A stretch of 32,000 nt of DNA, from contig NC_014537.1 in assembly GCF_000148385.1 (NCBI RefSeq), positions 1,890,001 through 1,922,000 of the forward strand, given 5' to 3'. Origin of the DNA: Vulcanisaeta distributa DSM 14429 (GTDB lineage: Archaea; Thermoproteota; Thermoprotei; Thermoproteales; Thermocladiaceae). The translations under genes were made by a program, and so were the position numbers. Below the pieces are notes generated by a model. It was not told the DNA's origin, searched no databases, and worked only from the letters and a program-made list of their open reading frames with translations. Below are positions 1-8,982 of this stretch, in pieces (the stretch's first letter is position 1; each line of letters opens with the position of its first letter).

Positions 1-255
1 GTTAGATAACATGCCCACTAACTCAGCCATACTCTGCGGAGTTATGCCGCTGACTAATTCCTGAGCCTTAATTAAACTAGATAGGGATTTTTCAATTTCA
101 TTAACCCTACCCTCCAAGCTCTCAACCCTAGTACTTAGATCTGCCAGGTTCCTGGATAATTGATCAACTTTACTATTCAAGTTCATCAACTCCCTAAGAA
201 TCCTAGCTATTGGATCCTCACGTGGAGGTGGGGGTGGCGCTGGGTAATAACCCAT
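1..255 (-). CDS. hypothetical coiled-coil protein; N-terminal part only, gene runs off the left edge
   Basis: Minus-strand frame is open from the ATG (complement of 253-255) to base 1, 85 codons with no stop: MGYYPAPPPPPREDPIARILRELMNLNSKVDQLSRNLADLSTRVESLEGRVNEIEKSLSSLIKAQ... It has a proline run followed by heptad-like L/V spacing. An A/T box lies at 279-289 upstream. It is absent from the ORF track because it is truncated. Confidence 0.45.
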   Translation of the reverse strand, partial: MGYYPAPPPPPREDPIARILRELMNLNSKVDQLSRNLADLSTRVESLEGRVNEIEKSLSSLIKAQELVSGITPQSMAELVGMLSN

Positions 256-310
256 TGTAAATAAACCAATGCATTAATTACTTAAATATTTATCTTGTGA
301 TTACCAATTA

Positions 311-1024
311 ATGACGTACATATCCCCAAGGGCAAAAATACTAAGTAAAAACGTGAGCAGGAACGTAGTAGTGCTGGGTCCCACAGTAATTAATGAGGGT
401 ACGATAGTGGAACCCCTCGTTATTATAGGTCACCCAATAAGGTCGAAGCTCCTGAGCGTGAGAGATAAGGGTTCAGTCATTGAGCAGTTAATGGATGATG
501 TCAGTAGTGGCGCAGTAATTGGTAGAAACTGTATAATTAGGAGTAATGTCATCATTTATGAGAATGTGGAGATAGGCGATGGCGTTGAGACAGGGCATAA
601 CGCGTTAATTAGGGAGAATACGAGGGTTGGTGCGAATACTAGGATTGGGTCTGGGGTTATAATTGATGGGGACACGGTAATCGGAAGTAACGTTAGTATA
701 CAGAGTATGGTCTACATACCGAGGGGTACGGTCATTGAGGATAACGTATTCCTGGGACCCAATGTCGTGATAACAAATGATAAATACCCACCGAGTAGGA
801 GACTTGATGGCGTTAAGATTAGGAGGAACGCCGTTATTGGCGCCAACGCAACCCTGATAGCGGGCATTGAGGTTGGGGAGAACGCTGTGGTTGCGGCTGG
901 CGCTGTCGTGACCAGGGACGTACCACCGGGGGAGGTCGTTGCCGGTGTGCCCGCCAGGCCCATCTACAGCGTCGATGTTTTTATTAAAAAGAGGATTGAG
1001 TATGAAAGATCAGAGGCCCCTTAA
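311..1024 (+). CDS. hexapeptide-repeat (left-handed beta-helix) acyl/acetyltransferase
   Basis: 237 aa with many imperfect [LIV]-G-x4 hexapeptide repeats ([61 protein letters not shown] ... [43 protein letters not shown]). ATG at 311 lies about 24 nt after the A/T box at 282-292. Confidence 0.8.
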   Translation: MTYISPRAKILSKNVSRNVVVLGPTVINEGTIVEPLVIIGHPIRSKLLSVRDKGSVIEQLMDDVSSGAVIGRNCIIRSNVIIYENVEIGDGVETGHNALIRENTRVGANTRIGSGVIIDGDTVIGSNVSIQSMVYIPRGTVIEDNVFLGPNVVITNDKYPPSRRLDGVKIRRNAVIGANATLIAGIEVGENAVVAAGAVVTRDVPPGEVVAGVPARPIYSVDVFIKKRIEYERSEAP

Positions 1025-3256
1025 CGTTCTCCTAAGGTTTCTAGCCATCTCCTCAAATCTGGCAATATCCTGCTTAGACAGTGATGGTGGAACGACCTTA
1101 AGGGCCTCTTCAAAATGCTCAATACCGACAGGCTTAACCTGGTTAGTATTACTCCTAATGGTTTCTCTCAAAGCCAGCATCGCGGCTTCCCTAACCAATG
1201 CCGCTAAATCAGCCCCTGTGTATCCCTCGGTCCTTCTGGCCAGGTCTCTGAGGTACTTATAGTTTCCATCCTTAACATCATCAGCGAGCTTTAAGCCCCT
1301 AATGTGGACCTTAAGTATCTCAAACCTGGCATTCGCATCGGGTGGTGGTACGTAAACAATCCTATCGAACCTACCTGGCCTTAATAAGGCTGGGTCTATT
1401 ATATCGGCTCTATTCGTCGCCGCAATAACCACGACATTCTTCAATGGTGCGATACCGTCCATTTCGGCTAATAATTGATTAACAATCCTATCAGTGGCCC
1501 CACTATCAACCCTCAAGCCCCTTGCTGGTGCTATTGCGTCTATTTCGTCGAAGAATATTACGCATGGTGCTGCCATTCTTGCTTTTTTGAATATTTCCCT
1601 GATTGCTCTCTCGCTTTCTCCGAACCACTTGCTCAGTATTTCAGGACCACGAACAGCAATAAAATTCGCATTACTCTCCGTAGCCACAGCCTTAGCCAAA
1701 AGAGTCTTACCAGTACCAGGAGGACCAAACAACAAAATACCCTTAGGAGGCTCAACACCGAGCTCCTCAAAGTACCTTGGGTACTTAAGTGGCCATTCAA
1801 CCATTTCCTTAAGCTCTTGCTTCACGTTCTCGTAACCACCAATATCATCCCAGTGAACCTCAGGAACCTCAACAATGACTTCCCTAAGCACCGTTGGTTG
1901 TATGTACTTCATGGCCTCTAGGAAGTCCCTCATCCTAATCCTAATCCTGGCCAACTGCTCAGGCGGTATCTGTGGTTGATCCAAATCAATCTCCTTAGTA
2001 ACGTCTATAGCCTCCCTAAGCCTTATCATCGCGGCCTCCTTAACTAATGCCGCTAGGTCAGCCCCCGTATAGCCGTGAGTCATCTCCGCAATCTCATCAA
2101 TATTCACAACATCACTTGGATCGCATATCTTCTCCTTAACATCATCCTCAGTACACAGCGGCACATTCCTTGTGTGCACCTGGAGTATCTCCTTTCTCGC
2201 ATTCTTATCGGGCATGCTTATGTATATCTCTCTGTCGAATCTTCCTGGTCTTCTTAGTGCTGGGTCTACGGCTTCTGGTCTGTTGGTTGCTCCTATTACG
2301 ATTACCTGGCCCCTCTCCTGCAAACCATCCATTAATGTGAGTAGCTGGGCAACAACGCGCTTCTCAACTTCTCCAGTTACTTCTTCCCTCTTTGGTGCTA
2401 TTGCATCAATCTCATCAATAAAGATAATGGCAGGAGCATTCTTCTTAGCCTCCTCAAAAATCTCCCTCAACTTAGCCTCAGACTCACCATAATACTTACT
2501 CATTATTTCAGGGCCGTTAATCGATATGAAGTAGGCATTGGCCTCTGAAGCCACGGCTTTTGCCAGGAGGGTTTTACCAGTGCCCGGCGGGCCAATTAAG
2601 AGAACACCCTTGGGAGGCTCAATACCAAGGTGTTTAAAGATCTCGGGGTGTCTCAACGGTAACTCTATCAATTCTCTAATCTTCCTCTTCGCCTCCTCCA
2701 GATCACCAATGTCCTCCCAGGTAACCCTCGGCATTGTTAACTCCATCTCCCTGACAGGCTCCTCCCTAACCTGAACCTCGGTATCAATACCAACATACGC
2801 AGCAGGCCCAGGTGTTACGCTCGTTACCATGAACCTAATGGAGCCCGTGTAATACGGTATCTCTATGATCGAGCCCTTCCAAACAGGCTTACCAAGCAGG
2901 TAAGCCCTCTTGAGATAATCAGGGTCAACCCTAATGTACTCACCAACAGGCGCTATCGTGACCCTCTGCGCAGACCTTAGGTTAGCCTTCCTAACCTTAA
3001 CAACATCACCAATACTAACACCGGCATTCTGCCTTAAAACACCATCCATCCTTATGTAGTCCTTATCCTCATCATCAGTGTAGGCAGGCCATACCTGAGC
3101 ATAGGCACTGCGCTTATTACCAACTATCTCAACATACTCCCCAGGCTCAATACCAAGCACCCTCATGTACCGCTGGGGAATCCTAACAATGAGCCTACCA
3201 ACATCCCTCGTCCTAGCCTCCGCAACCCTAAGACTAACCTCATTATTAGAACCCAT
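1010..3256 (-). CDS. cdc48: CDC48/VCP-type AAA+ ATPase (N domain plus two AAA modules)
   Basis: 748 aa with two Walker A motifs ([15 protein letters not shown], twice) and two Walker B motifs ([10 protein letters not shown] and [10 protein letters not shown]). SRH-like [20 protein letters not shown] and [20 protein letters not shown] are present. The N-terminal double-psi-barrel-like region reads LRVAEA...[30 protein letters not shown]-like box at about 3289-3297 upstream on the minus strand. Confidence 0.95.
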   Translation of the reverse strand: MGSNNEVSLRVAEARTRDVGRLIVRIPQRYMRVLGIEPGEYVEIVGNKRSAYAQVWPAYTDDEDKDYIRMDGVLRQNAGVSIGDVVKVRKANLRSAQRVTIAPVGEYIRVDPDYLKRAYLLGKPVWKGSIIEIPYYTGSIRFMVTSVTPGPAAYVGIDTEVQVREEPVREMELTMPRVTWEDIGDLEEAKRKIRELIELPLRHPEIFKHLGIEPPKGVLLIGPPGTGKTLLAKAVASEANAYFISINGPEIMSKYYGESEAKLREIFEEAKKNAPAIIFIDEIDAIAPKREEVTGEVEKRVVAQLLTLMDGLQERGQVIVIGATNRPEAVDPALRRPGRFDREIYISMPDKNARKEILQVHTRNVPLCTEDDVKEKICDPSDVVNIDEIAEMTHGYTGADLAALVKEAAMIRLREAIDVTKEIDLDQPQIPPEQLARIRIRMRDFLEAMKYIQPTVLREVIVEVPEVHWDDIGGYENVKQELKEMVEWPLKYPRYFEELGVEPPKGILLFGPPGTGKTLLAKAVATESNANFIAVRGPEILSKWFGESERAIREIFKKARMAAPCVIFFDEIDAIAPARGLRVDSGATDRIVNQLLAEMDGIAPLKNVVVIAATNRADIIDPALLRPGRFDRIVYVPPPDANARFEILKVHIRGLKLADDVKDGNYKYLRDLARRTEGYTGADLAALVREAAMLALRETIRSNTNQVKPVGIEHFEEALKVVPPSLSKQDIARFEEMARNLRRTLRGL

Positions 3257-3422
3257 GACTAATCCTCACTGCTTAATCCTCAACTCAGCTTATATAATTA
3301 TCTTCACCTTGCTAACTCACTAAGCCAATACCATGCGTTTACTAATAAGTTCAATTTCACAGACTTAACTTATACCTAACTTAAATTATTGCACGGCACG
3401 CATTAATCTAACAAAATATTTC

Positions 3423-5021
3423 GTGCTCATTAGCGATCATCCTGAGGACCTTATTAATCATTTAAAAATTAAATTACCGATGTGTATTGCTCAGGATCTA
3501 AAAATCGCATGTGTTAAAATTGATGAGGATTTAATTAGGAAAAACAGATTGTGCTGGGGTGAAAGGGATAATTCTAAGTATAAGTGCGGTGGGGAGATCA
3601 ATGATCTAAAGACGATTAATGAGGTTATTATAATACTTATTGAAGTTCTTTACCGTTTATTACGTTGGCGAGTATGGATACCGTGATGGTTAGATAAGGA
3701 GAAAATCAAAATATTCAATAGTAAGGATAGAATTAAGACAATAAACGATAAGGTAGCTAAGGTGATTGATGACATTCTTAATGAGATGTTAAAGTACTTA
3801 TATCAATATGATGATTATTGGATTAAGAATAGAGTATCCAATGAATTAAGAAGGATCATTGAAGATTTATTAAATGGCAGGGCTGAAGTAATTGTTAGGA
3901 GGACGGAAAGCTCATTAATAATCGCGGTACGTGGAAGCCACGTCACCTTAGAAATTATTAGGAATAGGGATGTTATAGTCCAAATACTTAATGATTTCCC
4001 AGGCACAACAATGAGGATACCAGATGTCTTCAAGGAGTTTGTGAAAAATAGGAATAGATACGAAGAACTCGCCAAAATGCTCCTTGCAGCAAAGCTGGGT
4101 CTTGCTAATACAGATGAGGGAGAAAATAAGGATAAACCCAGAATGAGGACAACACGCCTATGGCAAGCAGTATTTTGGGCACTTCTTTATCCAGGAGATG
4201 TATACATAAGTATAAAATCGATCAATGTAAACGTTGAAGACGTAACAATAACGTGGTCTTTCACGGCTAACAACCACGTATCATATAAAGAAAATGCACT
4301 TAAGATCGCTAAAGACCTTGATGAAAAGACGTTATTGATCTTTCTATTAACGAGCATACTGGGTGACGGCTATGCGAATGCGTATTTAAGGAGAAGCAGG
4401 TTAAGGGCGAGGATAGAGATTACGGTAAATGCAGCAAGCTAGAAGAAAAGTTAGAGGAATGGAAAGCAATACTCGAGAAATTAAGTAAATCATTAAATAT
4501 TAAATACAATATTAAATAGTAAGAACAACATTGCAAATATATCGTTTTACGACAGCCATGCCGTTAAATTAGCAAGGGCTATATTAGATGCTGTACCACC
4601 CATTCTAGGAGAGGTCCTGGACGCATTAGAAGGTGATAAGTGGTTGGGTATAAAGAAGATCTCTAACGTAGAGTTTAAGTATATCCGTGGTGAGTCACAG
4701 GTTGAAATATATGGCGAGAGATTCACGATAGACTATAATAACCTAAGACTCGTACTTTCAACGAAGAATTCCATTAAGGCATTAAGGATTTATGAGAAGT
4801 TAAGGAATATATACGAAAAAGTCTCCATAAGGCAGAGGAAGGGATACATGATTGTGAGCATCCCATTCAAGGCCATAGTTAAGAATGATGAATTACGAAA
4901 TGCAATACGTAGGGTACTTTGCAGCAAACTTAAGAAGACTAAGAATGAGAAGACAAAAGCGAAGATAATACATGCATTAATGAAGTTATCATCATCAGAG
5001 GAAATTGACTGTGAACCCTAA
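3423..5021 (+). pseudogene. decayed long ORF (about 530 codons if repaired) with LAGLIDADG-like motifs; function unknown
   Basis: Track ORFs 3423-3686, 3762-4442 and 4644-5021 all sit in the same frame (coordinate mod 3 = 0). The first two are separated only by one in-frame TGA (3684-3686), and the frame stays open from there to 3762. At 4436-4519 a sensible peptide (KLEEKLEEWKAILEKLSKSLNIKYNIK) continues in another frame. From 4521 the original frame resumes (KNNIANISFYDSHAVKLARAILDAVPPILGEVLDALEGDKWLGIKK...). Motifs FWALLYPGDVYISI and LLTSILGDGYANAY resemble LAGLIDADG. Sampled 60-nt lines are 27-35% G+C, against 53-58% in the flanking genes. Confidence 0.5.
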
Positions 5022-5051
5022 ATTTTAAAAGGACATAAAGCAATACAGTCT

Positions 5052-6101
5052 GTGGGTAAGGTAGGCATTGTTGGGTGGGGTGTCTACATACCAAGGTTCA
5101 GAATAAGCACAAAGGAAATCGCTAGGGTATGGGGTGATGACCCGCTTAGGATTAAGGATCTTTACTGGGTTGAGGAGAGGAGTGTTGGTGGTCCTGATGA
5201 GGATGCGGTTACGATGGCGGTGGAGGCCTCGAGAAATGCGTTGAGGAGGGCGGGTATTGATCCTAGGGAGTTGGGTTCGGTATTTGTTGGTACTGAGTCG
5301 AAGCCGTATGCCGTTAAGCCCATAGCCTCAATATTAATTGAGGCTCTTGGGATGAGGAAGCAGTCGTTCGCTGTTGACATGGAATTCGCATGTAAGGCTG
5401 GCTCAGACGCCATAGTGAATGCCATGGGTCTTGTTAAGAGCGGGCTAATTAAGTATGGACTTGCCGTTGGCGTTGACCATAGTCATGGAGAGCCAGGGGA
5501 ACACCTCGATTACACGGTATCTGGCGGCGCTGCCGCATACGTCATAGGGTCCGATGGTATCGTCGCCGAGATTGAGCATGTATACGCATACAACTCAGAC
5601 ACACCCGACTTCTGGCGTAGGGATGGCATACCGTACGCAGTACACGGTGAGTCATTCACGGGCGAGCCTGCGTATTTTAGGCATATTGTGAATGCGGCGA
5701 AGGCGCTTATGGAGGCTACGGGACTTAAACCAAGTGACTTTGACTATGCTGTATTTCATCAACCAAACGCCAGATTCCCGGTGAGGGTTGCTCAAATGCT
5801 TGGTATACCCCTTGATAAGGTAAAGCTTGGTATCGTGGTTGATAGGATTGGTAATACGTACAATGGTGCAGTATTGATAGGGCTCGCGAACATACTTGAG
5901 AATGCAAAGCCAGGCTCTAGGATATTGATGGTCTCCTTCGGTAGTGGTGCTGGGTCGAATGCCTTCAGCCTAATCACCACGGACTTATTACCCGAGAAGG
6001 TGGGTAGGGCGAGGACCGTTAGTTATTACCTTGAGAATAAGGCATACATAGACTATGCACTTTACTTGAGATTCAGGAACTTGATTAAGGTGATTCAGTA
6101 A
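5052..6101 (+). CDS. hydroxymethylglutaryl-CoA synthase (archaeal type, mevalonate pathway)
   Basis: 349 aa. N-terminus [30 protein letters not shown], the active-site Cys context [13 protein letters not shown], and FHQPNARFP / SFGSGAG are typical of archaeal HMG-CoA synthases in the thiolase-fold superfamily. GTG start lies about 25 nt after TTTTAAAA (5023-5030). Confidence 0.85.
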   Translation: MGKVGIVGWGVYIPRFRISTKEIARVWGDDPLRIKDLYWVEERSVGGPDEDAVTMAVEASRNALRRAGIDPRELGSVFVGTESKPYAVKPIASILIEALGMRKQSFAVDMEFACKAGSDAIVNAMGLVKSGLIKYGLAVGVDHSHGEPGEHLDYTVSGGAAAYVIGSDGIVAEIEHVYAYNSDTPDFWRRDGIPYAVHGESFTGEPAYFRHIVNAAKALMEATGLKPSDFDYAVFHQPNARFPVRVAQMLGIPLDKVKLGIVVDRIGNTYNGAVLIGLANILENAKPGSRILMVSFGSGAGSNAFSLITTDLLPEKVGRARTVSYYLENKAYIDYALYLRFRNLIKVIQ

Positions 6102-6155
6102 TATCGATTTGTCGGCCTCTTAATCTTTAAAAATAAACAGTTAAAAAACAACGCA

Positions 6156-6449
6156 ATGCCTCGCAAACAGACTGTTCGAATCGTGGAGAGGAAAAAGGAG
6201 ATACTGGAATTATTAATTAAGGAGGGTGAGTTACCCACCAACGAGATTGTCAAGAAGACGAACCTAAGCCACAGCCAAGTCTTTTATGCATTAAAGCTCC
6301 TCCAGAGGGATGGGTTGATTAGGGAGATTAAGAGAGGTAAGGTGGCCTATTGGAAGGCTGCGGATAATGCCCAGGAGGCCCTTAAGGCACTCGAACAGGA
6401 GGTTAAGGAGGAGGTCATGGAGGGCGAGGAGTCGGCAGGGGAGACTTAG
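6156..6449 (+). CDS. small winged-helix DNA-binding protein with acidic C-terminal tail
   Basis: 97 aa. ELPTNEIVKKTNLSHSQVFYALKLLQRDGLIREIKRGKVAYW fits the helix-turn-helix-plus-wing pattern of ArsR/MarR-like proteins. The tail is EQEVKEEVMEGEESAGET. A/T box CTTTAAAAATA at 6125-6135 precedes the ATG. Confidence 0.6.
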   Translation: MPRKQTVRIVERKKEILELLIKEGELPTNEIVKKTNLSHSQVFYALKLLQRDGLIREIKRGKVAYWKAADNAQEALKALEQEVKEEVMEGEESAGET

Positions 6450-6479
6450 GCTTTTTAATTCCTTTCAAAATAGGGGGGT

Positions 6480-6533
6480 GGGTGATGAGGCGGGCAGAAT
6501 CCGTAAAAATGACGAGACTGTCTCACACTGATT
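6480..6533 (+). ncRNA. C/D box sRNA (2'-O-methylation guide)
   Basis: C box GUGAUGA is at 6482-6488, followed by a 12-nt guide GGCGGGCAGAAU and a degenerate D' (CCGU, 6501-6504). C' box AUGACGA is at 6509-6515, followed by a 12-nt guide GACUGUCUCACA (6516-6527) and D box CUGA at 6528-6531. The core is 50 nt with canonical archaeal 12-nt spacing. It is intergenic, and A/T box CTTTTTAATT (6451-6460) lies about 26 nt upstream. Confidence 0.6.
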
Positions 6534-6627
6534 AGAGAATGTCCATCACCTTTATTTCCAATGATTTATCTTATCATATTTAGAAGGAAGCGTTAATAAA
6601 TGGGTTCTTTACGCCAATACGAAGTGT

Positions 6628-7332
6628 ATGGGAAATCCCGTGAGCCGCGCTTCATTGGGAATTGATTATAAGCTCCTCCGAAGAATACCATACCTAATAC
6701 TACTCGTTAAGTACGGAATTAACGATAAGGACTACGTAGTAATAAATCTAACGAGGCTCGCCAATGACATTGGCACAACGCCACAGAATGTATTTAAGAT
6801 AATAAATAGGCTTGCTGAGGAGGGATTGATAATTAAATCCACCGTTAGTGGTCAGTTAGCTATTAAATTCACGCAAAGGGCTTCCGAGGCTCTTCAATTC
6901 GTGATTGACACAATTAGGCACTACCTCGATGAAAGATTGGTGATTAGGCTCGTTGGCCACGTGGTCTCCGGGCTTGGTGAGGGTGGCTTCTACATGAGCC
7001 TTGATGGCTATGTTAAGCAGTTTGTTGAGAAGCTTGGGTTTAAGCCATACCCTGGAACCCTCAATATTAAGCTTAAGCCGGAGTACGTTAAGTACAGGCT
7101 TTACCTAGACGCACTGCCTGGCATTTACATAGAGGGCTTTAGCAATGGTGTTAGGACTTACGGGGGTGTTAAGTGCTTTAGGGCGACTATTCAGGGATTA
7201 CCCGGCGCCGTCCTGCTAATCGAGAGGACGCATCACGGGCCTGACATCGTAGAGCTCATATCGCCTTATAAGTTAAGGGATAAGCTTGGCCTTAGGGATG
7301 GTGATGAAATCGAGGTATTAGTAACCCTATGA
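6628..7332 (+). CDS. ribK: CTP-dependent archaeal riboflavin kinase fused to an N-terminal winged-helix domain (RbkR-type)
   Basis: 234 aa. The C-terminal half, GHVVSGLGEGGFYMSLDGYVKQFVEKLGFKPYPGTLNIKL...GGVKCFRA...IERTHHGPDIVELISP, matches the MJ0056-type riboflavin kinase family. The N-terminal ~95 aa (LTRLANDIGTTPQNVFKIINRLAEEGLIIKS) is an HTH domain. A/T box GTTAATAAA at 6592-6600. Confidence 0.85.
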   Translation: MGNPVSRASLGIDYKLLRRIPYLILLVKYGINDKDYVVINLTRLANDIGTTPQNVFKIINRLAEEGLIIKSTVSGQLAIKFTQRASEALQFVIDTIRHYLDERLVIRLVGHVVSGLGEGGFYMSLDGYVKQFVEKLGFKPYPGTLNIKLKPEYVKYRLYLDALPGIYIEGFSNGVRTYGGVKCFRATIQGLPGAVLLIERTHHGPDIVELISPYKLRDKLGLRDGDEIEVLVTL

Positions 7333-7337
7333 ATTAA

Positions 7338-7913
7338 CTACCTAGTGAGGCAATTTGAAAGTAATGTTATGTATGCGAGGTTTTCAAGGACCTCAGCCCT
7401 ATTGAGTGCCTCATATGGCGTTGAACCCACCGTGACTAACCCATGGTTTCTTAGAATCACGGCAGTAATATTTTTCTTAGACACTGCCCTCGCGACAGCA
7501 TCGGCAAGCTCGGCGCTTCCTGGTTTTAGGTAAGGAACTTCTGCGATTTCACCAACGTACGAAATAGCCTCACTAAACGATAAATCAACTTTAAGACCTG
7601 CCCTAGTCAAAGCCAGTATGTTGGGCGGGTGCGTGTGGAGTATGAACTTCACATCATCCCTAACCCTGTAAATACCCACGTGCATCCTCCACTCACTACT
7701 GGGGTTTCCGCCGGACACAATAGTCCCATCAAGCTTAATCTTAACAATACTCTGTGGTTTTATGAGTGTCTTTGGCATTGAGGTCGGCGTGATTAATACC
7801 TCATCACCACCTAGCCTAGCACTTGCATTACCGCCAAGTAGGTCTACGAGCCTTCTCGCGTATGCTAACCTAAATATTTCAACAATAATCCTTCTCAGGG
7901 ATGCCTCATTCAT
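7338..7913 (-). CDS. class II aldolase/adducin-family protein (L-fuculose-phosphate aldolase / MtnB-like)
   Basis: GGNASARLGGDEVLITPTSMPK, SSEWRMHVGIY, ILHTHPPN and RNHGLVTVG are class II aldolase signatures. I prefer the internal ATG at 7913 (MNEASLRR...) because GTTTTTTATG (7936-7946, minus strand) lies about 28 nt upstream of it. The track ORF extends to 7991, which would leave only 8 nt to the divergent gene. Confidence 0.8.
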   Translation of the reverse strand: MNEASLRRIIVEIFRLAYARRLVDLLGGNASARLGGDEVLITPTSMPKTLIKPQSIVKIKLDGTIVSGGNPSSEWRMHVGIYRVRDDVKFILHTHPPNILALTRAGLKVDLSFSEAISYVGEIAEVPYLKPGSAELADAVARAVSKKNITAVILRNHGLVTVGSTPYEALNRAEVLENLAYITLLSNCLTR

Positions 7914-7999
7914 ACAAGGGGCGTTATTTGATGGGCATAAAAAACATACTCTATGCACTGCAAAACGTATAAACAGTAGTATGCGCGCCATATAATTTA

Positions 8000-8869
8000 A
8001 TGGGTTATATCGATGCCCACACCCACATAGTGTTTAGGGAGACGGTCACGGAAGAATTAATAAACTTCGCCCTTAGGGAATGGGGCGCATCACGTGAGGC
8101 TCTAACTATGAGCGTCTCTGATGTTGTTAAGATACTTGATGATGCGGATATTGATTACGTGGGTATCATGGCCTACCCATCTAGGAAGTTGGGCATTGCG
8201 AAGGAGGATTACGCGATAAGGGTTGTGGATGCCGTTAGGGACTATGCCGATAGGTTTGCAGTTATAGGTGGTGTGGAGGCTAATGAGCTATCCATCGAGG
8301 AGACCAGGTACTGGCTTGAGAGGCAGTACGAGGCCGGCATTAGCGCGATTAAGATACACCCGCCGCACATGTGGCTCAAGCCAAATGCGTATAGGCCGGA
8401 GGAGGGCGGTCTAAGGCAGCTTGAGCTTGTTTATCAATTTGCAGAGGACCACGGACTACCGGTATACATACATACCGGAACGAGTGCCTTCTCAAGGGCT
8501 AGGAATAAGTATGGTGACCCGATATTCGTGGATGACGTTGCGGTGGACTTCCCAAGGCTGACAATAATAATGTCCCACGTGGGCAGGCCCAACTGGGTAC
8601 CCACGGCGTTCCAATTAATCAGGATAAGGCCGAACATAATTGCTGACCTCTCAAGCATACCACCGAGAAGGGTCCTGGAGTACCTGCCAAGGCTTACGGA
8701 GATAGGCGACAAGGCAATTTACGGCAGTGACTACCCAGGCCCTGGGGTTCACGACATAAAGGCAAACCTAAGGGAATTCCTAAACATACCAATACCGAGG
8801 GAGGTCATGAAGAAGATCGTGGACGACAACCCAAGGAAGGTCCTAAAGCCATTATCGAGAAATAGGTAA
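8000..8869 (+). CDS. metal-dependent amidohydrolase-fold (TIM barrel) hydrolase
   Basis: 289 aa. The N-terminal MGYIDAHTHIVF (HxH metal motif), IKIHPPH, VYIHTG, IMSHVGRP and YGSDYP follow the amidohydrolase_2-like pattern. A/T box GTATAAAC at about 7966-7975. Confidence 0.75.
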   Translation: MGYIDAHTHIVFRETVTEELINFALREWGASREALTMSVSDVVKILDDADIDYVGIMAYPSRKLGIAKEDYAIRVVDAVRDYADRFAVIGGVEANELSIEETRYWLERQYEAGISAIKIHPPHMWLKPNAYRPEEGGLRQLELVYQFAEDHGLPVYIHTGTSAFSRARNKYGDPIFVDDVAVDFPRLTIIMSHVGRPNWVPTAFQLIRIRPNIIADLSSIPPRRVLEYLPRLTEIGDKAIYGSDYPGPGVHDIKANLREFLNIPIPREVMKKIVDDNPRKVLKPLSRNR

Positions 8870-8982
8870 AAACCAAGTCGATCAATGCCGCGAAGCCTCG
8901 GCCAAGCCACTGTTCAATCCTGCTCGGCCCACCTTTTATGAACAACTAAGGTAAAAAAAGTCCGTAAGTAAGTACTGAGTTG

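Noticed and set aside
1475-2774. Several 60-150-aa plus-strand ORFs inside cdc48 (1475-1921, 1494-1835, 2172-2492, 2538-2774). Similar antisense ORFs occur inside argF (14860-15312), the nitrilase gene (19966-20373), icd (21134-21463) and other genes.
   Set aside because: They are shadow ORFs opposite strongly supported genes. Their composition is low-complexity (S/L/P/T-rich), and they have no motifs and no promoter-like boxes.
3260-3282. The 9-mer TAATCCTCA (minus strand TGAGGATTA) occurs twice, 14 nt apart, between the cdc48 TATA box and the ATG.
   Set aside because: It is short and could arise by chance. The proximal copy supplies a GAGG 7 nt upstream of the ATG, which suffices as a Shine-Dalgarno-like explanation. 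There is no further evidence for a regulator site.
6561-6577. ATGAT-N7-ATCAT inverted repeat upstream of the riboflavin kinase/HTH gene, considered as an autoregulatory operator.
   Set aside because: The arms are only 5 bp in a very A/T-rich spacer, so a chance occurrence is likely. It is mentioned only within the RbkR finding.
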